Made by a program: the position numbers and the translations under genes. A stretch of DNA of 63,234 nt, filler included, from Polymyxa betae A26-41 (Eukaryota > Protista > Endomyxa: Phytomyxea), in NCBI GenBank assembly GCA_003693705.1. It is 7 parts of 7 records of this genome, joined end to end, with 100 filler letters (N's around TTAATTAATTAA, not from the genome) between each part and the next. Parts side by side here need not be neighbours in the genome. Positions count along the whole stretch, not along the records: positions 48,909 to 59,495 come from RBZT01000366.1; positions 59,596 to 63,234 come from RBZT01000014.1; 5 more parts are not named here. One strand, 5' to 3'. Each line of letters opens with the position of its first letter. The first letter of the stretch is position 1. This document shows, one piece after another, positions 50,524-63,234 of this stretch. The notes under the pieces are model-generated. The model made no database searches and was not told the origin of the DNA. It saw only the letters and a program-made list of their open reading frames with translations.

Positions 50524-53261
50524 ATATTCATCCACATGTATAGGCTGAGTTTGTTGATTTTTAAATAGTACACAAAATATCTAAACTTTATACTGCAATG
50601 TGAATTGAGGCGTTCAAAAGCAGGAACAGGAAAGCACTTCATCAACAGCTGATCTTGAATGTCAGAATATCAGTTCAGTCGTTTTAATCATTCCTGCCGT
50701 TAGTACAAGTGATGGGCGTAGCATTCCATGTTCATAGGAGATCCCGGCATTCCCTCCCTATACTTTCCAACCATGAAACCTGATAAAAATACGAAGGCAT
50801 CTGAACGTTTCATCGAAGATCTCCAGGATAATTATCATGTCATTGATGGTATAGAGAATGTACAGCTTGTCTGGCCTGTAATCGAGACTCTCAGCCCGAC
50901 CATTCTGTTCAAGAAATTCGTGATAGATTTCAGCCACTCTAAAACCAAATATCTCCTAGCAACTGCACCATCGTCGCTTGCCGGTTATACGGTTTGGAGA
51001 AGAAAAACTTACAGCAGCTGCTCGCCAAACCCGCCATCGTACGGGCCTTCGGTGTAGTGCTTTCTAGTTCTTGGTGACTGTCGAGATCATTTATGCATTG
51101 GTTCTATCAGAGCTAGCCATTACTGTCCAAAAACTGGGCTAGGTCCATATAGGCATTTTCAACTGAACGAGGGATGGATACAGCACCGCCCATTGATACC
51201 AACAAACTACCGGTAGTCGAATCCAGTCCAGTCCAACCGGACACAAGCTTCCGACAAAGGCAAGTTGGTCATTGCCGTTTTTCGGTATCCGGATGCCAGA
51301 CCCCGGATCTGTGCTAAATCTCGTTATTCGTCAATCTGATCTGCAAACTGGTCATTAATGCCACCAACTGGACCGATATTTTTGTGACGGATGATTGGTC
51401 TGCGGTTCTCCGATCTGGTTGATGGTCATGGCATAGACAATTGTATAAGTTTTTACACCAAGAACGATTGGAGATCGTGGCCACGCTGTTAATGGTTTCT
51501 CTTACTGATGTTAAATGCCACTGTTCTATTGGATGTCATGATCAGAGACCTCATCGATGGGACAATAAAACTAATATCAAGTTCATGGAGGAATTTGCAC
51601 ATCCTCGACCTGATATATTATCGATTGCTATCAAAACGTTTGTTTGATCGATGCCAAATATAATACCATTCTATCACTGCTTATAATAAAGTCCTTCATA
51701 AAATGCAGCAAAATTTCGGTACGAAGTAATGCATTGATCCCAACTTGCACATCAACCATTGTTCTGTTTTGTCAAAAGAAAATGGCTTATTATGGCATCA
51801 TATTCTTTCATAGGTATGCTAACAGATCTGTTATATTGAAAATTGTGTATCACTGATTCGGAAGATGTCCCAGCGAGTCGTCCTCTTAGTCTGCAGCTAC
51901 ATCAGCCGTATAATGATACTCAGCAGAACAAACATTGTGAAACCCATCTTCCGAAATAATATCTCAAACCGGTATCTTCTTCTGGAATTAGATAAAGCCC
52001 AACCTCGATGGTAAGATAGGCTCTCGAAATTTGATACGATGCAACATTGCCTTGCAGTTCCTTATCGGTTCACGATCCTATTTGGCAGGCAATATTGTAC
52101 TCGGGAACATGAAGGCTTGAACCGTGGTTTGACGAATGAGCAATTCGGAAACACTTGGGGTCAGGTGAGAATACCAATTTCTGAAACAAGCATGAATGGT
52201 AGTTCACGTCTTTAACGAGATATTCAGACATGTAAGCGTCCAGACACAGAATGGTAGCCGTTCTAAGTGAAACTGCTCAATACGAAGTCCATTGACCTCT
52301 TACACAGCATCTATGTAACCAAAACGCATAAGATTGTGACTCCCGAAAGCCAAAATATGTATGACCTGGTTGCACGCCACCACCGAGTACAAAAGTATTC
52401 TGACCAGTCAGCAGCAAATGCGATAGATGAACGGGAACATCCCGACATATTAGCTTGAGTCCAGGCAGAGCCTCTGTTATGTTAGAGATAGACCTCCATT
52501 CTAAAGCAGCTGCAAATCTGACCCCATCCGTAAGCAGCATTTTCAAAGTGCGATTTGATAACTAATCCTTTTAAAAAACAACATGGAACAGACTTATAAA
52601 TCTTACCTTGTAGTTCTTATTTTTGCTATCCTTTCTTTGGCTGATGTCTAACGGGAAGTAAATACAATGAATGAGGAAGGTTCACGTTGCCCTACCAACG
52701 GCTTCCACAATTTGGAAAATAGCAGGGCCTATAAAAATTCATCAAGAGTTTACAGTACTGATGTCAGGAAGCCTAACCTGGAATTAATTCGCATTTTGAG
52801 AGGTCTTCAGGCAGAACTGGACCGCGAGCGAATTCGGTGATGTTGGCGTTGATTAGCTGACCGAGAATCCGATCGACTTGATTGCTACACGCCGACGACG
52901 CCGTTCGAAGCCAGCCCTCATCCAAGCATTGGATGGGAAACCTAATCCTAGCAAACTCATTGGATACCGCCTGCATACACCTTCACTCAAAGATTCTGAA
53001 GTGATCAAGTCTCCGGAAAAATTTGAATTCGAAGGAGCAGCCCTCACAGCACTTGGTGATGTTACTGCACTNNNNNNNNNNNNNNNNNNNNNNNNNNNNN
53101 NNNNNNNNNNNNNNNNNNNNNNNNNNNNNNNNNNNNNNNNNNNNNNNNNNNNNNNNNNNNNNNNNNNTAGAGGAGCAGCCCTCATTGCACGTGATGTTCT
53201 ACACTTGATGATTCTCTTACAATTGACGCTCATAAATATCGCCTTGTTTATTGATTTACCA

Positions 53262-53611
53262 TCAATCATCGTCATCGTCGTGGTCGTGGTGACCATGCCC
53301 ATGGCCGTGGTGGTCGCCGTGATGACCATGGTGGCCGTGATGGTCGTCGTCGTCGTCGTCTTCCTCGTCTTCGTGATGGTGGAAGTCTATCAATGGTTTA
53401 GGTCTAGCGGTTTAGATAAAGGGTATGGCTTACGATGGTGATGCTCTCCGTCATCATCGTCGTCGTCGTCCTCGTGCTCATGATGATGGTGGTCATCGTG
53501 ATCATCGTGATCATGGTGACCGTGATGGCCGTACGCTTCTGTCGAAGGCGTCATTACAATAGCGACGACGACTGCCGCCAATAATAAAAGCAAGGCTTTG
53601 CTCAACTGCAT
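53262..53611 (-). CDS. Secreted His/Asp-rich protein, 2 exons (53611-53434, 53386-53262), 100 aa
   Basis: Signal peptide MQLSKALLLLLAAVVVAIVMTPSTEA. A 47-bp GTAAG..ATAG intron joins two His/Asp tracts in frame. Confidence 0.88.
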
Positions 53612-54012
53612 GACTTCTTTTTAATTATAGTTCGAGAGGGTTATCGAATATCGCCAACAAATATAATTGTGATCAGCAATGAGTTGGTTGACTTAGTTTC
53701 TGCACCTTCTGGCCGTGAATCATCATCGAGCTTAAATGATTCATCCCATGACAAACTATTCCCTGTACAATCCATCTATCAGGCTTAAATGTTTATGCTG
53801 TGATTTAAGAACTATCGTATATCAGAAGCGTTGCAGTCGTTACGTGATTGTTTATTTGACAAAGCATATTCATTGTAAATTTGTTGCGTTAATTCTGCAC
53901 CCCATATAAAAAGTTCACATGTAACTGTCGAAGAACTCCTAAGAAACCCTAGATAGCGGGACGTGGAGTAAAAATCTCACTGGGCAATCCACTGAACTAG
54001 GGTTTCCACACT

Positions 54013-57000
54013 ATGGCAGATGATGAAAATAAGGAGCCTTTGGATTTCTCTATTGGCGGCTATTTAGCTAGAAAGAGGGCGAGGCTTGGGACTCAGTTCC
54101 AGACCATCGCCGGACGACGATCGGCTCTTCTGGCTGGCGTTCATGTATTCGTCAATGGACGGACGGTACCAAGCCAGAGAATACTTTGGCAGCTGATCAC
54201 CCAGCATGGAGGTTCATTCTCTGCAATCATGGTTGTAATGGCGGTTTTCCATAGACTAGCCCTATTCATCAAATTGTTTTCAGAGCCCTGGGGTCACTCA
54301 TGTCGTTGCTTCGGGTTTGGCCCAAACGAAGATTGCCCAGTTTCGCAAATCGCGAGTTCATGTCGTAACACCGGATTGGATCGTCGGATCAATTCAACAT
54401 AACACGTCGGGTTGGTTTTATTTGTGTTGCTAATATATAACCGAACTGCACTACAGGTTGTTGAGCGTTGCTGATTATCCTGTCGCTGAGCTGGTTGATT
54501 CGTCGCAACCTTCCGTGATCGATTATTTCCGGTAGAAAAACATCTCATGCTTGCCTTCCATGTTGCTAAATTCTTTTTATTAGTCGCTCCTCTAACAAAG
54601 TTTGTGCAGATACGGAAATTGCAAACGTCTCCCAAGATGCTTCTCCAGATCTCCCATCTCAATCTGCTACTGACTCTCCCGATATTTTGTCGCCTGTCAA
54701 TGCTGAAAATTCATTGAATACACCTGGCGATTCTTCTGAAATCGTTCCTGAAAAACGTGTATCAGTTGCTGAAGCATCGATAGCTGAAGACTTCAGCAAA
54801 AACGAGATGACAGATTTTCAACATTGCCTGCAACACGAACATATCGCAAACCAGCAAGATGGCTGCCAAGCTGTGGTTGAGACGAAGTTTCCGACTACTG
54901 AGGAGGAGCTCATGCAACGAATCGGTTGCGATAACTGTTGCTATTTGTTTCTGTTAATTTATGTAATTCCTTAGGTGATCATCGTTTTGACAAAATTGTA
55001 AATTTGTGCAAGCTGCATGCTGTTGCGTCCGGTTGATTGCCTTTCAGCCTTTGCGAAACCCCAAGCTGCCCAGCTGTACTCTGACGGATCCTGACTTTGT
55101 TAAAAGTTATTTCTCGCAATCTCGGTTGCATTTTATTGGCTCATGGAAGGAGAAATTTGAATGTTGCCTTGTGAACGAATTACGTCAACAGGTCCCTATT
55201 CTGTATCCTATCACTTCTCTTTCTATATCTGATTGCGCATTAGAGGCCTTTGTATTCTCTTGCGAAAGGCAATCGTGGTCACATTCTTCATATTGATATG
55301 GACTGCTTCTTTGCATCCATCTCAGTCAGGTGTCGAAATTGTTTCATTGTCAATATAAACCGCTTATAAACACTTAGGGACCACCCGGACCTTGCAGATA
55401 AGCCTGTTGTCGTATCACATTCGAAATCCGGTTAGTCAATTTTAATTCGGAAAATGTTAGTCTCATTTGTATCTGCAGGTACAGGAGAAGTCTCCACCTG
55501 CAACTATGTTGCAAGATCATTCGGTATTAAATCGGGAATGTGGATGGGGAAAGCCAGAGAGCTTTGTCCTGATTTGGTCGTGGTCGGATTCGAATTTGAG
55601 AAATACGCCGAGGCTTCGGAAGCAATTTACAGGTATGAACATGCTTGATGCGACCTTTCAACAATTAAAGCTGTTGTCTTCATGCAGAATATTTTACAGC
55701 TATACTCATGATGTGCAAGTATTGAGTTGCGATGAGGCTCTATTGGAACTTCCTCTTGATGCGAACCCAGTGGCTGTTGGAAATCAGATTCGTTCTGAGA
55801 TTTTTCTGGCTACTGGCTGCACTGCCAGTATGTATATTGGGCAAGCGCCTTGATTGCCCTTATGATTTTGATTGACTTCTCCAGGCGTTGGCATCGGGGA
55901 ATCAATTCTGTTCGCTAGAATCGCGACACGATTTGCCAAACCTAATGGGCTCCTGTATATTAAACCTGAGTTGAATCAGGAATATTTATCAAAATTGAGA
56001 TCAATTCAAGATCTACCCGGTGTTGGCCCATCTACTGCCGATACATTACATGACCGACTGGGTATCGATTCTGTGCAACAGCTGCGTGATACATCATTAG
56101 CTATGCTACAATCTGTGCTTGGGCCAGCACAGGCTCAAGCCCTTCATGATTATACGCGAGGGATTGACCGTCGCGCCCTTGTCACCGAATTCAAGGAACG
56201 TTCTCAAATCGGGACTGAATTGGGCTGGGGTGTTCGTTTTTTTGTTCCTGGTAGATCTAATCGGAAGTTGCTGGCTTGTTTACTGATGAAATATCTATAG
56301 AGCAGGTCGAGCATTTCCTCTCAATGCTGTGTGTTGAAGTCGCATCACGCCTTGAAATGGCGAACCGATTTGGTTCGATGGTTTCGCTTCGTGTAAGTGT
56401 TACTTTGCTTGCCTATCTGTAGGTAAACACGCTGTAGGTGAAAAAACGTCATCCTAAGGCTCCGTTGTACCCTGCAAAATTTCTGGGACAAGGCTGGTGC
56501 GAGACCTTTAGCAAATCCGCTTCCTTGCCTACAGGCACGCGCGATCCAGAAGTGCTGCTGTCGCATTGCAAAACGCTAATTCGACAACTGGACATTCCAG
56601 CCCATGAAATTCGGGCAGTGGGGCTGTATGTCACGCGCCTTCAATCTACACCGGTCTCGTTGAACACGATTAATAAGTATTTTTCGGCGGAGTCATCGAG
56701 TAAATCAGGCTCAAATTCTTTGGAGGCGGCTTCTGCTATTTCAGACTGCACGTCAATTCGTAATGATTCTATGATAAGCTGGAACTCAAATACTACAACG
56801 CCGCTAAATACAACAGCAAAAATCTCGAATGGGGATAAGAAGACAAATTGTTTTAAACCTACCAGCGAAATCGAAGGAAATCGGATTGAAGTTTCCAAAA
56901 CGGAAGTTCAGGAACCGCAAATTGCTGATTTACCCGAAGGATGGGACCCGATTGTTTTTATGGAGCTACCTGAAGAGGTTCGAAGAGAGTTACTTCATGA

Positions 57001-57573
57001 AATGTCAGCTAGGTCGATCCAAGCCCCAAAAGCTCAGTCTACTAGTCCTGAAAAATTGGAGCCTTCCAATACGATGGCCTTAATGGATCTCGATTATATT
57101 GACTTGAATGTGCTTCATGAGCTTCCCAGAGATGTTCGCATGGAAATACAGTTTGAGTTAAAAAAGAGACGTAATGTCAAAGCAAAACGCACACAACCGG
57201 TTTGTACACATTTGTAGTCCAGCAAAACATTTCTTCTCAGTTCTGTAAGGTCCAGAGTTCGGGAAACTTAACCAAAAGCAAGCCTCAAGTAATTTCTGCT
57301 AATGGTGCTTCAAATGGAATTTCACATGCTGATGGCGTTGACAAACATCCGGATCTCGATACCATCAGATTTTGTCTCAAGCAACCGGATGATGCTATCA
57401 TAACATTCTTGTTATCGTTAATGGAGCGTCATTACTTTCTACAAGTGGAGCAGACTTTTACTATTTGGAGAAAGCAATGCCAAAACACACCTACCTTCAA
57501 CTTGGCGTTGGAACTTGTTCAAGAGCGTGCTAATGCTCTTCTGAACAGCAAATTCAAAATTGATCCTTTATGA
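54013..57573 (+). CDS. REV1: DNA repair protein REV1 (Y-family deoxycytidyl transferase), multi-exon
   Basis: BRCT (VFVNGRT..THVVAS..VTPDWIV), YFSQSRLHFIGSWK, HIDMDCFFAS, CNYVARSFG, SCDEA, LPGVG, WGVRF, and two UBM-like motifs (ELPEEVRRE, ELPRDVRME). Confidence 0.96.
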
Positions 57574-58299
57574 AAACTTACTCTGTACAGAACCCACATG
57601 TCACGTGCTGCTTCCAGCTGACGCTTTTATGTGATACATCAATTGTGCAGATCTTGCTGATTCTTCTGTGTCCAGCTTAAGTTGTGACAAGTTCTCTTCG
57701 CGCATCCTTTTCTCGATCGTTTTCTGTCTTATCTCTACTGAAGCTACAATATTTCAGTTGATAATTCGCGTTCGAGCTTAGATCCTCAACGTGTTTTCTG
57801 CATTGAATCTTAAATATATTTACACCGGCTTATGACCATAGTGTGTCGTTATGATTAATAAATTATTCTTAAACTCGGAACGTTTAGACTCGGGGTTTCA
57901 CTAGGTTTTGTTTGTTACAGATGTGGGTTCTTACAATCAGGAACATAAACCTGATATTAATCATAGTGAGCTGAGTTAAGCCCTTACTGCTAGTAGATAA
58001 ATTATCAAAGTACTGAGGAGTTTTGTTAGATGGAAAAATGATCGTTGCGAGTCAAAAGCCAGGAGGGTTCGAGGTGCGATTCGAGCTGACATGAACAGCA
58101 CCTTCGTAATTAGACAACATCGTCCATTTGTTACAGAGATAGTAAACCTATCCGTAAAAGGAACCCATCTTTGACGAGCAAAGCTGTGTGGCAACCAAGG
58201 TTTGCTGCTTTCCGTTATACTGACCGAACTTTGCTATGCAGCCAGTCACATCATAATAAAGCTTGGCCAGGTTTTTGAAGGTGCTATTTATTGCAACAA

Positions 58300-59449
58300 T
58301 GATAGATAGTGACAGCGATTCCACCATCAACGAGATCCTCGACCAGCAGATGGTCGTCCTGATAGCTGCATCGACTGCAGCAGCTACTTCTAGCGTTTTC
58401 TTTGACGATGAAGAAATGACGAACGATGATCAGCGATTCGTCGATCCTGATGAAGGAGTTCGTGATCAACTTTATCTTTTAATGAAGAACCCATCGCTTT
58501 TCAAGGTTATGACAAATTTCACTGCATCTGAATTTGAAGAGCTCAGCGCCAAGGTATGCCCAATTTTGGCGACAACGGCAAGATCGACCCGACAGCCAAG
58601 GGGGATATTCGGGCGAATTCCGAAACTTAATCGTCAGCAACGTCTTCTCCACTTCCTTTTGTAAATGAAGCACGATAACACAGTCGTGTTCGGAGCGCAT
58701 GGCTGGAATTGGTCCAAGTCTTCTGCCTGCGACGATGAATATTTGTTGCATCTGTCATCAACGTCGCGCTGGCTGATGAGTTAAGGTGACCAACTGCAGC
58801 AGAACGGCAAGCCCTAGCACAGAGAACTAGTTTCAATGGATGCATAGGGTTTATCGATGGAACACTCGTCCAGATTCGTCGCCCGATGAGCGACACTTTT
58901 GGAGAGCGCCACCAACTTTGGTACAATGGACGAAAATCTATGTACTGTCTTAACAACACAGTCGCTGTTGATCACGATGGCTTGTTTATTTACGTGGATC
59001 CAGGATATCCCGGTTCCTTTCACGATATTAATTGTTTGCGCCGTTCTGACCTATTCCGCGATTGGCGGCAGTATTTTGTTCATGATGACGATTATTTTGA
59101 GTATCTTTTAGGAGATCCTGGTTATGTTGGAGAGGAGATGTTTATCATGCACCGCATGCGGCAGCGAGGGCCTCCCAGAGCCAACCAAAATATGGAGGTA
59201 ATTGACGTTTTCAACGCTGCTCATGGGGGGATGAGGGTAAGGGTTGAATGGGGCATCGGAGGCCTTAAGCGAAAGTGGCGAAAACTGATGAAGAAGTTTG
59301 AAGCAACCATAAGCAAGTTTCTTCAGTTGTTTCGCGCCTGCGCTATTCTTACGAACTTCCTTCAACGTCGCCGTCTTGACATGCGAGCATTCGAAGAAGG
59401 AGTGGACGCTGCCTACGCAGGCTGGGATGACGAGGATCCTGAATTATGA
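58300..59449 (+). mobile_element. PIF/Harbinger (HARBI1/DDE_Tnp_4-like) transposase pseudogene
   Basis: CIGFIDGTLVQIRRP, PGSFHD, LLGDPGY and RVRVEWGIGGLKRKW. Premature stops near 58662 and 58788. Confidence 0.9.
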
Positions 59450-62136
59450 AATGTAATATACAAAAATTTTCCTTGATTGAAGGCGTCACACTTCCNNNNN
59501 NNNNNNNNNNNNNNNNNNNNNNNNNNNNNNNNNNNNNNNTTAATTAATTAANNNNNNNNNNNNNNNNNNNNNNNNNNNNNNNNNNNNNNNNNNNNGAGAC
59601 AACCATACTACACACATCCTACTATTAATCAGGACAAGAGCCATTGCTTTGGCAATTCTAAATACACTAGCCGTTGCTTGGAAGCCCGACTCCTCTGCAA
59701 GGAACGCCTTGGCCATTTCAAACATCATCTTGTAATCGATGCGGGCGTTTTCAGCTGGAAGCAAACTCCTGCCTACAGAGAATGCTGCAGACTCTATGCA
59801 GTCTGCGAAGAATAGAGAGAGCAGCGATTCATCCGCAAACTGGCATGAAGCCACACGGTTCCATCTGATGAACTGACATTCTACCAAGTTTCATTTAGGA
59901 AAGTCACCTGTTCGGTCCTAGCTCGCTTCGATCTCCTCCCATTAGCCAGAAGCACTGTCATTGTGGACTGGACGCAGCCAACAACAGCCTGAGAATAGCG
60001 AGATTGTCCTCCGAATCCATTGATCCCATACCATCTACTTCTTTGAAGTGGTCATCTCCTTTTCCATGGAATTCGCTGTTGCCCGTCCTACTCCAACGGC
60101 TGGCTGCGCCGCCTCCCCAGCTCGTCTCGAAGCAGGGAGGGTGCAACCCACTGATGCCAACGGTGCCAACAGTTGACGACGGATAAGTCCGTGGCGGAGT
60201 TTTGGTTTATATGGTAATGCCCTAAGTCAATATACTTATATATCCATAATACAATTCATTCTGTTATTGACCTCATTGTCTTAATATCGTCCAGGATCAG
60301 TAGCCGTTGGTGCCTACCGTAGCACCACGAGAGCAACAAAAGGTTAACAGCTGCGCCCCCTCCCTTCTACTCACAAATTATCCCTCTGCCGTCCACATCA
60401 CAACTTTACATCATGAAGGAGATATTGAAAGCTATCCCCAAATTGTCTGGAAACGATACAGAAAACCTTTCATAATGGCAAGACAAAGTTCTAATGTTCC
60501 TGTCGACTAAGTACTTGGAATCAGAAGTCTTCTTTGAACGTACGTATCATCAATCTGATCGAAGCCAAACTTTCGGGATCGTTCTCGTTTAAGAAGGATA
60601 ACATCATCGTTATCCATCTCAAATCTACACCAACGCTCCGAAATTTGAGTAAATATATTAAGCTGTATTCAACCGACGTGGCAGAATTGTCCTTTGTCAA
60701 CCGTAACTCGGAGCAAACTGTCCCGTCTCTCAAGATTCCGAGTTTTTTTATTTCGGCACCGTACTCAAGAAAGGCAAGCCCAAGATTGTGGAACCGAGGG
60801 ACAGCTGCTACTATTTTACTTGGGCTGGCAACTATACCTTGAAAATTGTCAATCTAACTCACCAAAAGCGATCAGCAATCGATGTATCAGATCGTGGAGA
60901 CTACTTCCGTGATAGAGCAATCATAATCCTAAAAATCTAATCAACAAGGCCTGATCGACAGCGCTTTATATTCATAAAAGATCTAATCGGACTCCCTGTC
61001 ATGAAGCTGCACGTACAGTGCCGCGCCTTACGATGTTCTACAGACGACACGGAAAGGAAACGTGCAATAAAGAGCTCAATAAAACGTGTTAAATCATATA
61101 CAGCGTTGTGTGATTGTGCTGCGTGATTTGGAAGTATCCATCATGCAAAAAAATCACGCAATTCCCCTTGTTTCCCAGAAGCACATTCATAACGCCGTGC
61201 ATGAATTGACCTTATTATAAAAAACTGTTTTCCATAAACCCGCAACCCGTTGAAGCTGCAATTGAGGCGTATATGCATCATTTGGAGACGATATCAAGAG
61301 ATAGTTTCTCGTCTTTGCCTATGATATGGCTTCTAGGTCCGAATCACGCAGCGACGAGGAGTACCCTTCTTCTTCAAGGCGGGCTCGCAAGGATCGTAGT
61401 GACGCCAGGTTTACGATCGCCTGCTGAAGGAGGATTACGGGTCAGCGAATCCAGTTCATAGTCCTTCTGCATTTTTGGAACTCAACGAATTTCGGCTCAT
61501 TTACAGATGGCTGAAATCTAACGCTCTGGAATGCCTCAAAAGATTTTGTCAAATCATTGTCCTCTTTGGCTTGAATCGGAGACTCAGCCAAATTAAGAAG
61601 TAATAAGGGAAAAAAATCTGTTTATTACCACAGCATTATGCTCCTTATATAGAAAAAGGAATGGAAATTCTCGTTATGAGGACCTTCCAAGACTTCATGT
61701 AACATAACCTGTAAAATAACAGTTAGAGTAGGGCGCAATAAGTGTTCGCAATTATCACTGCACTACACACTTCCTCCTCCGAAAAGTTTTCAAAGAAAAC
61801 TAAGGAGTTTGTAGTGAGGTTTGAGCACATTTTGAAGGGAACCGAACACCAGAAAAATCCATAATTGGCAAGTTATGGGAAAAGGTCTGCTCCAAGTCAC
61901 TTTCACCTTCAGGCCCGCATTCCTGATTACCAATTGCAGACGTAATGCAAGTGGATGATGAAGGTGTGCACGATAGAACGTTCGAACCATCGACGGTGCA
62001 ACCGTCACGATAATATCTATAGGTTGTCAAGACAGCGACCAACGCCGGGGACTGCACTGGGCTGCGCCGAGGGCGCTGACCACCTGGCGCTGGACTAGGC
62101 ACTGGCTGTTGGCCACGATTAAAAGACCTATTAATG

Positions 62137-62215
62137 TGTCATTTTTGGATTAGGGTTTGTCATTTTTGGAAAATAATTTGTCATTTTTGGAAAATAATTT
62201 GTCATTTTTGGATTA
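62137..62215. repeat. 21-bp tandem repeat, 4 copies
   Basis: TGTCATTTTTGGA(AAATAATT) units. Confidence 0.9.
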
Positions 62216-62249
62216 TGGTATTCAACTCACGTGCGCCGGCAGCCCGACT

Positions 62250-63234
62250 TGTTGCGACCCATCTTCTTGATATTGGAGGTAGCTATCTAGCGATAAACGC
62301 AGTGAACAGAGAGGCTGCTTTTCGGGAATGAATAATTTCCTTTTTATAATATATTATCTGTATCTACAGGCACGAGTTCGTTTGGTCATGGCACGCGCCA
62401 GCCATATTGATTTTATGCCATCAATGGTAACTTGATTGGGCGGGTACGCTGGCTGGACCCGTGCGCAGCCCGCACCTCTGGGTCAGAAAGACTGCGTGGC
62501 GCAGCCACCGCAATCATAACACTTCTGTCCTGAATGTATCGAGCACTTGATTCTGGATACTAATGCGTCTGCATCTGAACGTAGATAGTATGGCATCATC
62601 AGACGTTGAGCAGGAGTCCAGACCCGGATCATCTACTCAACAGGTTATGGGCCCAGACGCTATCCGAGCTTATACCGGGGAAAAGTTAGATGGAGAAAAC
62701 TGGGGCGCGTTCGAATTCGGGTTTACGGCTTTCCTAATTGGTTATGATTTAGTCGACTCCCTGCACTCGGACATCGCGAATAACGCGATGCAAAACAAGA
62801 TTTTCTCAGTGCTGATCGCTGCGCTGGAGTCAAGTCAGTACGTCTTAGTGAATAAGACGAAAACGCCGAGAGAGGCGAGGTCCGCTTTGAAGTCGTTCTA
62901 CAGGAAGCGTAGTGGACAGTCCATTCTCATCCTAACGCAAAAGTTCCGTCCTGCAAAGTTGACGGAATCAGGAGATCTATACGCTCATCTGGCGATGATT
63001 TCGAGTTTGGGCGACGAACTGGACGAGGTAACGGGGTCTAAGATTACGGATAAAGACTTTATGACGACTGTAGGCTTTTCAATAATCGGCGCACAGCGGT
63101 ACGCCAATGTAATTGAAATTATCATGAACGGGCCGGTACTGCAGAGGACCGAGCTCACAAACAAGCTAATGGCCACGGAGCAGCGATTCAAGACGGTTGA
63201 AGAGCAGAAGACCGTGTGTCAATATTAAGCGCAC
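62250..63234 (+). mobile_element. Ty1/Copia 5' end: LTR 62250-62642, PBS 62643-62656, gag to 63228
   Basis: TGTTG...CAACA ends, PBS GGTTATGGGCCCAG, gag KLDGENW..FL..YDL. TAA interrupts the start of the zinc knuckle (VCQY*). Confidence 0.88.

Noticed and set aside
50700-52550. Possible minus-strand spliced gene
   Set aside because: I could not assemble a stop-free model or recognise a domain.
52878-53441. Val/Met-rich hydrophobic ORF on the plus strand
   Set aside because: Antisense shadow of the His/Asp codons, and it spans an N gap.

Overview
Eukaryotic (protist-like) draft assembly. It shows short GT-AG introns of about 43-60 bp, Pol III tRNA genes and TTTAGGG-type telomeric motifs. A plasmodiophorid or oomycete-type parasite is my inference, not something the sequence shows. 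The window is at least seven unrelated pieces joined by 100-nt N+TTAATTAATTAA linkers, so adjacency across those linkers means nothing. Intact or near-intact spliced genes: a PQ-loop transporter, REV1, an RNI-type LRR protein, and four signal-peptide proteins (a 100-aa His/Asp-rich protein, a tandem GNAT-like protein, an ADNQQQSD-repeat protein and a 572-aa orphan). There are also three tRNAs, a pseudokinase and several pseudogenes. The rest is dense transposon debris: Gypsy, Copia, hAT, MULE-like, Tc1/pogo-like and PIF/Harbinger. The most unusual structures are: (i) a repeat family sitting at similar distance and orientation upstream of tRNA genes of different isotypes; (ii) a perfect pair of Tc2/pogo-type TIRs enclosing a Gypsy gag-pol that has lost its 5' LTR; (iii) a TIR element with a 9-bp TSD inserted in a hairpin minisatellite; (iv) the His/Asp-rich secreted candidate metal-binding protein. 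All family calls come from motif recognition by eye; no searches were run.
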